A DNA stretch of 64,000 nucleotides from Lepidodermella squamata (Eukaryota; Animalia; Gastrotricha). Made by a program: the position numbers and the translations under genes. Location of the stretch: NCBI GenBank assembly GCA_047495785.1, contig JBLDXI010000017.1:124001-188000 (forward strand), read 5' to 3'. Within the stretch, counting starts at the first letter, position 1. Each line of letters opens with the position of its first letter. The notes under the pieces are model-generated. The model did not search any database. It had not been told where the DNA came from and saw only the letters and a list, made by a program, of their open reading frames with translations. This document shows positions 37,401-49,418 of the stretch, in pieces.

Positions 37401-40400
37401 TTGAGGTAAGCTATATTTTGCGAAAAAGGCAACATTTACGTTACAAATGAACAGCCAGCGTGCGACAAAAAAACTCGCTTAAAAAATAGCTAATTACTAC
37501 AAAAAATTGCCCCATGTAACAGCGCATTATTATCATCATCTTTTTTACTATTATTACTATTATTATTTTGGTATTCCGGGCCTTGAAAATGTGTTTTAAT
37601 GAAGTCGACAAAAAACACAATGAGAAGTGTGTATATTGACGTAGTGTAAAAACGACGACTTGAGGTTGTAAATAAGACCAGGTATTTCAAGTGAGCAGCC
37701 GTGTTGACGCACGAGCGAAAAATAAACCGCAAAATGAGAAAAACTAGTCATGCGGTACAGGAAATGCGGGCATAAAAATAATAAATAATTGTCAAAATTG
37801 TACAAAAAATATTTTTTTCATAATTAAATAAATTTATGAAAATAACTAGAATATTTTTCGTTTCAGAAAAAAATGAAAATCTATCAAGTGCAATACGATT
37901 TCACACTTGAAAAAATGCGAGGATGAAATTTCGCCAGGCAATTAACGAGAAAGTGACACAATCACTGCGACTCGAGCGAGAAATTTTAGCGAAATTAAAA
38001 AATCGAAAACGCAAGAAAAAAACAGTGCTGGCTTCAAGTTAATCCACCCGTCTTAAATACGACGGCTGCTCACTCGAGCACTTCATTAACTACATAATGT
38101 TGATTTTGATGACACGAGACAGGTTGACGCGTCAAACGCAATCAAGTGTCCTCAACAAGCCAATTTGGTCAAGCGTGCCCGCGTCTTAAGTTATCGAGTC
38201 GAAAAAAAGCCTGAATGGGATTTTAGGAAAAACACCGGTAGATAAGACAACAGCGATCGGCAAAAAATCGCAATTTCCACGGAACATCAAGTAGCACGTG
38301 TAGATTTGATTTCTTTCACTAAAACGGAAAGAGCTCGAAATAATTTGACATAAAGTCCTTGCACCTCGTAACTTCGGCGACTTGGAATTCGTCCACGATC
38401 GGACTAAGAGTAGTTAAACTAGTTTAAAGCCCCACAGTCAACTAACAGGGAACTTCACCATTTCAACAACTTTGCCCTGTCTAGACATAATTGAATTATA
38501 CTCTAAACCGAACAGAAAAGCTGAAACGTTGAATATTGGCCAAAAATGATGTTATTGGGGCATGTCGGCGATTGACAGGCTTTCAAGAAGCCAAATTGGG
38601 CAATTAGCTAAAATAAGATAGTGACACGTACATTTTCGATATTGGCTCACGATATGGGATGAAATGGGTCATCAAAACCGGAAAACTATAGGGATTAGCG
38701 GGAAGACGGGTCTTTCCGGTTGGAATAGCAAGTGTCCGCTTGATTCATTTTGGCTACTAAAATAGAGATGAATGTACCAATTGAACAGAAATTCTCTACA
38801 GCAGGTAATTCTGAGACTGTGAACTAATTTTTAGGCCGGATCAACTTGTACGATCACTATAACGAAACTTTGCCAAAATCGGGATTACTGGGGCATGCCA
38901 AATGTCGGACGAGAGGTTCCAAGAAGCGAAAATATCCCAATTAACGAACTTCTCTCATGCGTAATTTAAGCCGGTGACAATTTATGTTCGATATTGAAAA
39001 TAAAGACTAGCGATACGGGATAAAATGTAAGCCGCAATTCATCGAATTAAAACAACCCAAACAACAATTGAGACACGAAAATAAATGCCCATTTTTAGCG
39101 ATTTAGGACAACCGGAAAGTCTTTTCTCAGGAAATTCCCGACATTGGAGAAGCTAAGCTTGCCAACAGATATAAATTTTCTAGATATCTGTGCGTGTCCA
39201 TGAAACATCAACATTAACCATATCAACCCTCCATCACAAAAATGACCAACATTTTTTGAAAAACTAATACTATAGAAAATATAGCAACTACTGTAACGCG
39301 GAGTAATTGAAAGGACAATGTGTGACCTAGGGCGGGTGAGGCCTAGTACGTGATCAACTTTCCAGGGTATTACGATAGATATTCGAATCATCCGCCTCGT
39401 CAGCTTTTGCATGAAAACTCGAAAAATCAAATTTCGGTACAGGACTTCGACAAAGTTTTGACACCCTGAATTGAGGGGGAGGGAGGGAGGGGGTTACGTG
39501 AGCATTTTAGAGCCTACGCAGCCACAGTTTTTTCACCGAGTAAAAAATTGCCTGGAAGTGTCCCAGATTCAGAAAAAAGTTTCAATTTCCGTTTACGAAG
39601 GTAACACAGCTATATTTTCATTATGTAAAGGAAATATACAGATATGACCTTGTCCACCTTAAATTCAAATTCAGAATATTTGAATTTTATATCGAAAACT
39701 TATTTTGCCTGAAGTTACCGTCGATACAAAATTATAGGATATAGGATGTAGGATTCTGCATATATAAGACCGGAGTTGAATAGGATTCTGATTGGCAAAA
39801 AACAAAATCTTACTTGACATTTCTCAGAGACGCATCAACAAGAAACAAAAATGAGAAGTGCGTTAGAAATCGAGGAGCAAACTTGACTATTTCTAGAGCA
39901 AACGGCCAGGGGTGCTTATCTAATGGAATTTTCGTCAATAAAACTATCCCAAACTACGAGGTTTCTGCGGACATCGTATGAAATTTTGATAACAATGAGT
40001 CATTCAAAGTTCAAATTTCAAAAACTAAGAATTCAGAACGTATCATTGGAACAAGGGTTTGGAAAACCTAGAATTCGGGTTTAAAATAGCATTTAGAGTG
40101 GCACGAAATTTCTCAGAGACATTTCAACAGAAAAAAACGAAGCTGGGAGGTTTCTGTGGATTAATGATTCACTAAATGTGACGCATTTTCTGTTAAATCT
40201 GATGACATGATATTTTTTATTTTATAGGAAAACTTACACATATCGCCGGCTTGAGCTCGCAGTTCGTCGCACTTTTTGCCATCAACGTATGGCACCTTGT
40301 CGAAGTAGCGCGCCGCCATCGCCGCCACGTAGCTGAGTTGCAGCGGCGAGAGGCGCGCCATGAGCAGCGACAGCGCCACCAACTGGTCGGGCGGCGACGA

Positions 40401-40676
40401 CGCGAGCCGGCAAAACGCGTCGTGGCACGCGAGCACGGACGCGAATTTCGACGACGCTTCGTTCGCAGAATTGCGCCGATTCTTGTCACCATTATTGTTA
40501 TTGTTATCACTCGAGGGCGTTTCACTCGTCTTCTTGTTGTTGTTGCTGCTCGTAACCACCGGGTCGTCGCTTTTCATCGGCGAATCCTGCGGCGATTCGC
40601 CCGCGTCGACTTTCGAGCAGTTCAGCGAAGATATCGCAGAGTCGGAATCGCTGTTGGCCGTATTTTCCGTCGTCAT
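31479..40676 (-). CDS. smg: Smaug / SAMD4 RNA-binding translational repressor
   Basis: SAM domain [34 protein letters not shown]. N-terminal QLVALSLLMARLSPLQ. C-terminal LNTLCLQMT. Exons 40676-40238, 37410-37111, 35526-34275 and 32343-31479 join in frame at GT-AG sites. Confidence 0.95.
33294..34016. mobile_element. TA-flanked MITE in a Smaug intron, related to 12935-14000
   Basis: TA|CCGTAACGAGTGGTAACTTTGGACA ... TGTCCACAATCACCACACGTTACGG|TA, with internal GTAACTTTGGACA repeats. Confidence 0.8.
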
Positions 40677-42720
40677 CGTAGTAAAAAAATATATATTGAG
40701 CGCGGATGTACAAAAAACGGCGCAAAATCTCTGCTTTCGCCTGTGTCAACGTGGCATGGCGTATAATTCCAACATAATATTGTTATAACAATAAAATAAA
40801 TCTAAAAAATGGAAAGAGTAAATTGTTCGATGAATAAACCGGAAATGAGAAAAGTAGGAAGTTCCTCGAAAAAATCGATTCGGCCTAACATTTTTAAGGC
40901 TGATTTTTTTCGCCCTTTCTACTAGGGATTATCTATGTCGCGATTATTTTTTTGGCGACATGGAGCACAACTAAGCGCGTGATATAACTGAGTTGAATAT
41001 TAATAAAGGCTTTGATTTTTTTTCAACATCGCGGTACAAGTCATTATTATTAGTATTACTATTATTATGAGGTGCGCGCACGGCTTTACCTGACAAAATT
41101 TATACACACGCGCGCGGTCTCGCGTGCTTAGGATCAATCGATCACTACACATGTAAAAAATCGCGTTTTTTTCATTATCGTCATAATTTTGCGAGACAAA
41201 ACGTGCGTGTGACGACGATAGGGATTGGGATGTGGCGCGCTTAGTTCGATTTAATTTCATACAGCGAACTAACTAACTAGCCGGCGAAGTCATCGCTCAA
41301 ACAAAACCGGCGGGCAGGTGTGTAGATTAAAAATTACACGGCCTCTTCTGTAATACTTCAGTCTAATAATATTATTATATTTTTACTCTTTCCGTCGTTA
41401 TATAAATACGTTCAGCAGATGCATCTCGCGAGAAAACCGTCTCTCCTCGCACAGCTTCCACGGATAATTAACAATATTAATAATTTATAATTGGTAGTAT
41501 CTCTGTACAACTTGCAACACTTGCATCATATTTCACAACACAGCGGCGACGATAACATCCGAAAAAGAAAGCAACAGCGCGTTCAAAATTAGCCCGATAT
41601 CAGTGACACATACAACACGGATTTTTCAGCTGGCAATTTTTGAAACAGCCACTAGTTTGGGTGCACATATATTTTCGTTCGAACGAGAGGCAAAACAACA
41701 CGTTCCTTTCTCTCGCACGCGGAAGAAGTGAAACGAAAGAAAGAAATCGAAAATAATAATAATTATAATAAATTCATCCAAATTAAGACCGAGATAAGCG
41801 GCAGTTTCATGGAAGTGACTCGAAACGAAAGTATACACCGATTCGAGCCGAGAAAATTAAAGATAACGACACATTTTGCACTGAAACGAGGAAAAGCCAA
41901 AATTTTGCAGGTTAAATGGAAACCAAGATATCGAGAACCTTCAATTTTCATCAATAAATTATGCCTCTAGTGACTTCCAGAACCCAACTTCGAAAATTAA
42001 AAATTCCTCCTTAATCCTAATGGGTATCGATGGCTCACAAAAAGCAGACCTTTGGTTCATTTCAAATTCACCATTGCATTTGCCACTATAAATTTCGCGA
42101 TTTTCAAAAAATTTCAAAAATTCGATTTCAACAAAAATAAATTCAAAATTGATTATTTTTGAAGATTTTTGGAGGAAAATTAAAATTGTGAAGCCATTTA
42201 ATACAATTTTTGAAAATTTCTCAGTCTAAACCATAAATCAAATTTTTCCAGTGTTAACAGAGCAAAAGTCTCAATATCTTTACGCTTAACCGAAAAAATG
42301 GATGACCACCGAAACCCCCGGAATAAAGGTGTGAGAAAAAAGCACAATAACCCGGTATTAAAGTTAATATCAGCAGCAAAAAATATGTTTCACTACTAGC
42401 AGTAATTAAATTACAAGCACTTGACCGCGGCAGCACGGACACTCGCCCGGGCTGGTTTTGTTGTGGCGCAACGACTGCAGCCGCTGGTTGACGAGCCGCC
42501 GCGTGTTCGGCGTCATTTGCCGCAGCATCGACGCCGCTTCGTCGTCCGGATCGCGGCTTTGCAGGCCGTCCGCCGGCGACTGGCCGTCGTTTTGCGTCAA
42601 CATCGACGACGTCATGGAGGTCAGCAGTTGTAGAATGCGCGAAGACACCGGGTCAACGTCGAGATTAGACAGCAGACTCGTGTTATTAGCATCGCTTGCC
42701 GTCGCTTCCTCGCCCACCAT
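40522..42720 (-). CDS. Putative spliced upstream ORF of the Smaug transcript (~172-174 aa), overlapping the Smaug start in another frame
   Basis: GC-rich coding-like exon 42720-42421 ends GECPCCRGQ. Phase-0 donors at 42420 or 42414 join CAG|GCG at 40740 to give AKAEILRRFLYIRAQYIFFYY..., stop at 40522. Confidence 0.55.
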
Positions 42721-44201
42721 GTCTGGCCAGTCTGAGCACGCGGCGGAAAAAAAATACGAAAAAAAATTCAGCGATAGAACAATAGGAAACTCTGATAATC
42801 GTGCCGCTAATTTGAGATAAAATGTTCGCGGTTTTTCGCCGCAGAAAAAAAATCGATAAATTTACATTACCAAAAATTTAATAATAAAAAATGTACTCAG
42901 CCATAAAATAACTGAGTAAATGACATTATTACCACGGGTTTTGATAATGAAATTAATCAAGTGACCAAGTTTTCAGCCGTCTTTTTCCAAATTTAGCAGT
43001 TATACAAACAAGATTGTCGTCAAACTGATTGGCAAAAATATGAATGAATTCAATAGTTTTACCTATAGCGGATCGAGAAAAACCATACGAGCTTGTGTTT
43101 TTTTTCGAATCGGCATACAACGACGAAATGAAACCGATATCGGAGACAAAAATATGATTAGCAGCTGAAGGACAAGCATAACCGGTGTGTTTTCAGTTCT
43201 CATTCACACATAACTCGCCATGACGTAAATGAAGCATGACTCATGACAGCCGCTGTAACTTTTATATGTCCAATTTGAACTAACGTGTTAAGTTTGTAAA
43301 AACGTGCACAACTAAACAGCACGCCCTCTCAATACTACCTACCAGAAGTTAAACCACGAAGACCAAGTATTTTAATTCGTTCGTGGTTAGTGACTCGAAG
43401 TGAACTGCCCATCTGTAGTGCCAAAGTTTGCGACCCACTGCCGACAAGGTAAGTGAGACATCGAGATTGAGGCCGTTCTATTAAAATGACATGCTCCTCC
43501 TAATTTTGGCTCAGAAGATAAATCAAAGTTTGCACTTGACCTCATGACCCAATGCGGGCACTTGAAGTGCGCCTGAACCAAGCACTCCCGAAATTTACGA
43601 ATTGAACATTGAACTTACGATTTTCGCCAAAACTTGCTAATTTTAGAGTGAGTAAAAATTGAATCCTAAGTTTCAATTAATTGATCGATTATCTGACCAA
43701 ATGAAAAAAGCATTTTCCACACTCGAATTTGTTTTGTCAAAAATGAGTATTCGATACGCACGAGAGGTGAAAAGGGCTATTTTTGGGAACTTCTGGTTGC
43801 ACGCTGAGTCAGGAGCATGACCTCTATCTGGCCCTGTGGTAATAATTGTTCCAAATACAGCAGTGTAATCAAGGCTTTTATCGCACGCAACGGAGATATG
43901 AACGGGATAAAGGCTTCATTATTCACTTTTAACAGGCCGTGGTAGCAGTTAATCACGATAAAGTAGGACTGATATTTCTTGCCCCGCATTTCTCCCATGA
44001 TTCCGTATCCAAGTGAAATTTTTTTGAGCGGTTTTCGCCAGTAGATATATCTATTATTCGGTAAACTTTCCTGAAAATCTCGTTAGAATAGAAATGGTGG
44101 CAAAAAACCTTGTTGCGATTTTCATTAAATAGAACCAATTTAAAGGTCTTAAATCTTATATCTTATGTATATTTAAAGCATATAGTATTAAATATTCAAT
44201 C

Positions 44202-44537
44202 ATGGGAGATCTTGCGGAACTCCACAGGATACTGATGCGATATCAGAGCATTTTCATGCAAATGGATTGGAAAGGAAAGTTTGGTTTTGAAATGGCTTAT
44301 GGCGTCGAATTCGGATACGAGACCCATTATCAGACTTTGCAAAGAGGATTCAATCCCCATCCGCATACAACATTCAAAGACTTTTTTGAACACTGGTATA
44401 GCAACTGTCCTCTGTTTTCAGCAAAACCAAATGAATCATTGAGAGTTTTTATCAAATGCTTGAAACATTACTACCCAATTATAGGAGAGAGGTTCGAGAC
44501 TGAGATAAACGAGGTTTGTATGTTGAAGAAAAATTGA
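44202..44537 (+). CDS. Small intronless protein of unknown function, paralog 1 (111 aa)
   Basis: Intact ORF that aligns end to end with 45283-45615 (MGDL..H.I..RYQ..F..MDW.G.FG.EMAYGV.FGYE.HY.TL..FI.CL.HYYPIIG..FET). Confidence 0.75.
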   Translation: MGDLAELHRILMRYQSIFMQMDWKGKFGFEMAYGVEFGYETHYQTLQRGFNPHPHTTFKDFFEHWYSNCPLFSAKPNESLRVFIKCLKHYYPIIGERFETEINEVCMLKKN

Positions 44538-45282
44538 GTTACTAATTCCGCTTGTGGTGAGACTCTAAACATAATAAAACAAATGAAAGAGAACTATCGG
44601 CATCAAATAAACGATTGAATTTTTAATGCCCATCAAATGAGTGTGTGGGCCCCCAAGATTATACTAACAAACTCAGAGTGTCCAGTGTCCAGAATTTCGC
44701 ATCAGTAAAAAACAGTGACGAATTTTTGCCGCTGACTCAGCAGATGAAGCAAAAATTTGCGCTTGACCCGATGACCCAATGCCGGCGCTTGAAATGCGCG
44801 TCCATTCCCGAATTCGACTCACAAAATGTAGTTTTTCCGATTTAGAAATTTAGATCAAGTATTACTGAGTCCTAGATTTCAATTACTTGATCGATATCTG
44901 ACCAAATGAGAATTTTTTTCCAACTCGTTAAATTTTATTTCAAATATTTGATCTGCACGAGAGGGTCAAAAATGCTATTTTTGGGAACTAGTGGTGACAC
45001 GCTGAGTCAGGAGAATGATCATTATCTTAAAACTGGCCATAAGTGTTCCGGAGAAAGCAGTGTAAACAAGACTCTTATCACACGTAAAGGCGTTATGGAC
45101 GATACAGGCGCTTAAATATTCATTTTTAACAGGTCGTGACAGTAGTAATCATGATAAATTTCCCCGCCTGTCTTAGTTATTTTTATGTTTTTGAATATTA
45201 TGCCGTACGAGGAAAGAGTTGAACAATATACATGGTATTTGAACGTCTTACATTTTATGTTTTATAATAGCATATTTAAACC

Positions 45283-45615
45283 ATGGGAGATCTTCTGCAT
45301 GGAATATTCTTACGATATCAGGACTGTTTCGACCACATGGATTGGACAGGAAATTTTGGTTTAGAAATGGCTTACGGCGTCCAGTTTGGATACGAGAACC
45401 ATTATCCGACTTTGAAACAAAGGAAAATTCCCTTAGGGTATGAAACATTCAAAGGCTTTATGGTCGGCTGGTTTCGTCCTGGTACCAACTGTGCCCTTTT
45501 TTCATCAACAGAAAAAGAGCCAATGAGGGCTTTTATTGAATGTTTGAGCCATTACTATCCAATTATAGGAAAGAAGTTCGAGACCGATCTAAAAGATGCT
45601 GGATTTCAATACTGA
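45283..45615 (+). CDS. Small intronless protein of unknown function, paralog 2 (110 aa)
   Basis: As paralog 1. Reading frame is preserved despite divergence and in-frame indels. Confidence 0.75.
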   Translation: MGDLLHGIFLRYQDCFDHMDWTGNFGLEMAYGVQFGYENHYPTLKQRKIPLGYETFKGFMVGWFRPGTNCALFSSTEKEPMRAFIECLSHYYPIIGKKFETDLKDAGFQY

Positions 45616-46119
45616 AAAAATGATGTTATCTTTTCTTCTTATGGTGAGACTCCATACGTAATAAGACAGATGAAAGAGAACTGTTGGCAGAAAATAAACG
45701 ATCGAACTATTGCCCATCGTAAATGTGTGTTGATGCCAAATTTACTAACAACCTCTGTATTGTCCAGAATTTCAAACCAATGAAATCATAAATATTTGAT
45801 GTAAGCAAAAATACTCGAAAAAGGAACCAGAAAGACTAAAATGAGAAGCGGAATCATATCTCATAACCCATAGCAAGAAAATTCCCAATGCCATGAGAAT
45901 ATTTGTCACCGGAAATAAAAAATCGAGAGAGATTAGGTCCAATCAGGTTAGATAAATACCGAAATTTAGCCAGCCTACTACTATCGGGTTTTTCTGGGTT
46001 TTCTATCTTCAATTTGTCATTTTTCGGCAAAATCACAGGTAATGGATTTCTGGTTCAATGATGCTGGTTCAATTTCAGAACAAATCCTGTTTAAAATGCA
46101 AACTTGTAAGCGCAATTTT

Positions 46120-49062
46120 CTAACCTTCCTCAGATCCTTGAGCATGATTACTCATCGCCGATGAGTTGTGACTGCGAGACTGCGGCTGTTCGTCAGCGAA
46201 ATCCGGCCCAGTGCTCAGAATTTTCACCGGCTCCTGGCTGCGGGACGCAACCATTTTCAACACCAGCGTCTGCAACTCGGCCATTCGCGTTTTCATCGCC
46301 GCCCGTTCACTCGTCAATTGAGCCATAAACTTCGCATTCTCCTCCGATTGCTGCTTCAACGTATTGCGCTGCTTTTGATACAACGTGATATACTCGCCAA
46401 TTGTATCAGTTTCAGACTGCAGTTGAATGACCAAATGCTCGAGGCGCTCTTTTTGGTCTAGCAAATCCGCTTTTTCACGCATAACTCGGCCGAATCGATC
46501 TTCAAGCTGCAGCAACGCATTTTGAACAGTTTCAACCTGTTCAGCCTTATTTTGCGAGGCGAACGCTTGCAAATCAATCGGTTCACTCTGCTTCGAATTC
46601 TGCTGAAGCAAATTAATCTTCTGCTCTAATTCCTCGATTTTCTTCGAACAAGCCTCGTGATTTTCAACGACTTGAACCGGCTGAGACTCGGCGAATGAAC
46701 TCGCGACTAATTGCGATTGCAGCTCGTTGATTTTCTGCATACACTCCGTGTGATCATTTTTCGGCCCATTTTCGAGCTCGGCGATTTTCTTCTCGTAATT
46801 TTCTTGCAATTTAACGCTCTCGAATATCTTCTGCTGGAACTCAACGAGTCGTTTTTCGTAATTTTCCTGTGATTTCAAGCAATCAGCGTGGTCTATTTTG
46901 CCCTTCTCCGCAATTTTCGCCTCCAATTGCGAGATTTTTCGCTGGCAAGCCTCGTGATTACGAGCCTGGTGTGAAATTCTCGTAATTTCCGCCTCTAATT
47001 CATTCACTTTCTGGTGGCACGAATCGTGACTGGCCGATTTCTGAAGTTCCGAAATTTGAGCCTGTAATTCAGCGATTTTTCGATTGCACTCCTCGTGATT
47101 CTCTGGCATGCCAAGGCCTTGAATTTGCGCAGCCTCAAGCCGCCTGGTACTAGACACCAACTGCTCAGCCAATTCCGCTTTTTCATTCGTAATTCGAACA
47201 AAAGCGGTTTGCAACTCCTCAAATTCCTGTTTCAACTTCGCATTTTGGCCTAAAGCTCGCGATAAGGCCGTTTTAACGTCCTCGACATTCGCCAGCACAG
47301 ATCGATAGTCGTTCTGCGCCCGTTCCAACTCGACAATTCTCGACCGCAGCGTGTCGATAGTCGCGTCCTTATCAACAACAGCCTGGTGGAAATGAACGTT
47401 ATTCGCGACTAGTTCCTCCAAATCCTTCTTCGCCTGGTTCAATTGTTGCGATAACGACGCAATCATCTGCTCTCTAGCCTTGTCATTCGAATCATCTTTC
47501 GTAACCAAATTTTCATTTTGAACCGACTGCTGTTGATTCAATTGATACGAAAGTTGTCCTAGTTGCGTTTCTAAAGCGGAATTTCGCGCTAAATGGCCGT
47601 CAATTTCGTGATTTAAAGCTCGAATCCGGTCATTTAGGTCTTTAATATGCTCCTCTAGACCGGTTAAATCAGTCTCATGCCGTCGTTTAAAGTTGTCCTT
47701 CTCCGTTTTCAGCGACTCGGCAGTTTCATTCGCCGCTTTTAGAAGTCTTTCCAACTCGGCTTTCTCGAGTTTCAACTTCTCATTCTGGGCGCTGAGTTGC
47801 TGCGACTCTGACACGTCAGATTTTGAAGCATTTGCGCTCAGTTGCTCCAGGTACACCTTCGTCATTGACAACTCGTTTTTCAACGAGGCGAAATTTGCGG
47901 CTAGTGATGAGCATTCGCTCTCTTTGTTCAAGAATCGCTCTTGCAAATCGTCGTGCCGCCGTTTCAGCTCTTGCGTGGATTGAGAGATCGAAGCGTTTTC
48001 AGCGCGCAATTTTTCGACTTGACGAGTCAGATCGGCGGTGATTTTTTCGGATTTTTGAAGCTGTTCCACGGATTGAGCGGCTTGCTTTTCGAGGTCGGCA
48101 ACTTTCGACCGAGATGCATTAAGACGGCCAGTCAACTCTTGGTTTTCATCTAATAACATGAGAAAAAAAATTAATATCCATCTTAGGTCATAATAATTTT
48201 TTTCTTACTTTGCCTCGCTTCTGCAGCAAGTTTAGTCTGGCTAAGGGCGGCTTGAAGTTGAGATTTTTCGCCCACAAGAATGCCAATAGTTTGAGCGTGA
48301 ATTTGAATTTGTTCCCGCAATTGACCCAGCTGCAATTGCATCTGCTCACCAAACGCCTCTCGCTCATCCAAAATTTGCTTTTGCAACGAAACGTTGTATG
48401 ACTTCTATAAAAATTACGAAGAAATAACACTGAAGTGAAAAATAAAAAAATATTCCGCTAACCAATTCTTCAATTTGAGACAATAATTGTGGATCAGCAG
48501 TTGTGGTTATGTTAGCACTTAGATGAGATGATTCGACAAAATGTCCTTGCGAAGGGGACAAATTGCGTTCCAGCTGCAATCGCTCGATCTAAATTTCGAA
48601 TAAATAGTCAAAATCAATTAATTTCAATATTTTTCAACGAACATCATCAACAGGTGCCGGCTGAGCGATATATTGAGGTGGCTGCGGAACAGGAGGTGCG
48701 AAATGATTATTTTGATTGTTAAAGCCATTATCAAATGTCGGCACTACAGCGGGATTTTGCTGGTAGGTAGGCTGTGAACCGTGACTTCCGTTAAGGCGGC
48801 CACTTCCAACACTACGGTGCTCTTCTTCTGCAGATCCATGATGTGAATTGTGCTGAAATTGGACATTAATATAAAAAAAACTGATTAGAAATCTCTAAAA
48901 AAATGATTACCTCAATTCTCTCCAGCGTCGGATCAACTTGACGTTTTTGGAATTCTTTCAGCTGGAATAATTCGCAGTTTTATTAAATGACTCCCATCAA
49001 TAAAGCAAACGAACCCGTCTTTTAGCTGCTGACAACTTTTTTGCCTTTTCGTCTCCATTCAT
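46120..49062 (-). CDS. GOLGA2: Golgin subfamily A member 2 / GM130-like coiled-coil protein (exact 3' exon unresolved)
   Basis: N-terminus [16 protein letters not shown]|LKEFQK at 49062. [47 protein letters not shown]. Long heptad-rich ORF 46120-48159. Confidence 0.9.
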
Positions 49063-49418
49063 CGTACCGTCCACGTACAACGCAATAAAGTAATAAATAA
49101 ATACTGCAAGACTTCAACCTAAAAATACGTCAAAGGTTGGTGAATCATTCAATTATATCGCTCAATTTTACATTTCTTTAATAATAAAAGCAGAGTGGAA
49201 AACATATTACAAAATAAAACAATCAAGGCCTCTGTGTTTTTTAGGGTCGCCGAGGACGGTTAGTATTAATTAGTGATAAGCTTATAAGACAATCGCTCGT
49301 ACAAACAAAGAGATGCTAAATTGCAATTATTTCACACAAATAATAACATTAACAATCGTCAAAAACGAGGTGAACATTTAAATTGTAGCCCCAGTTACGT
49401 ATAAAAAAAACAATCATG

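Larger units (their letters stand above)
43530..45775. repeat. Diverged tandem duplication (~1.1-1.2 kb units), each unit carrying one small gene
   Basis: GACC..ATGACCCAATGC.GGC.CTTGAA at ~43540 and ~44765, GCTATTTTTGGGAACT at ~43776 and ~44973, TGTCCAGAATTTC at ~44687 and ~45761. Confidence 0.85.

Noticed and set aside
38500-39030. Degenerate ~350-bp direct repeat in a Smaug intron
   Set aside because: Looks like old repeat decay, with no coding or structural signal.
42440-42450. GC-AG donor (G|GCGAGT) fusing the 42.7-kb exon to Smaug
   Set aside because: It is phase 1, whereas fusion through the 40740 acceptor needs phase 2.
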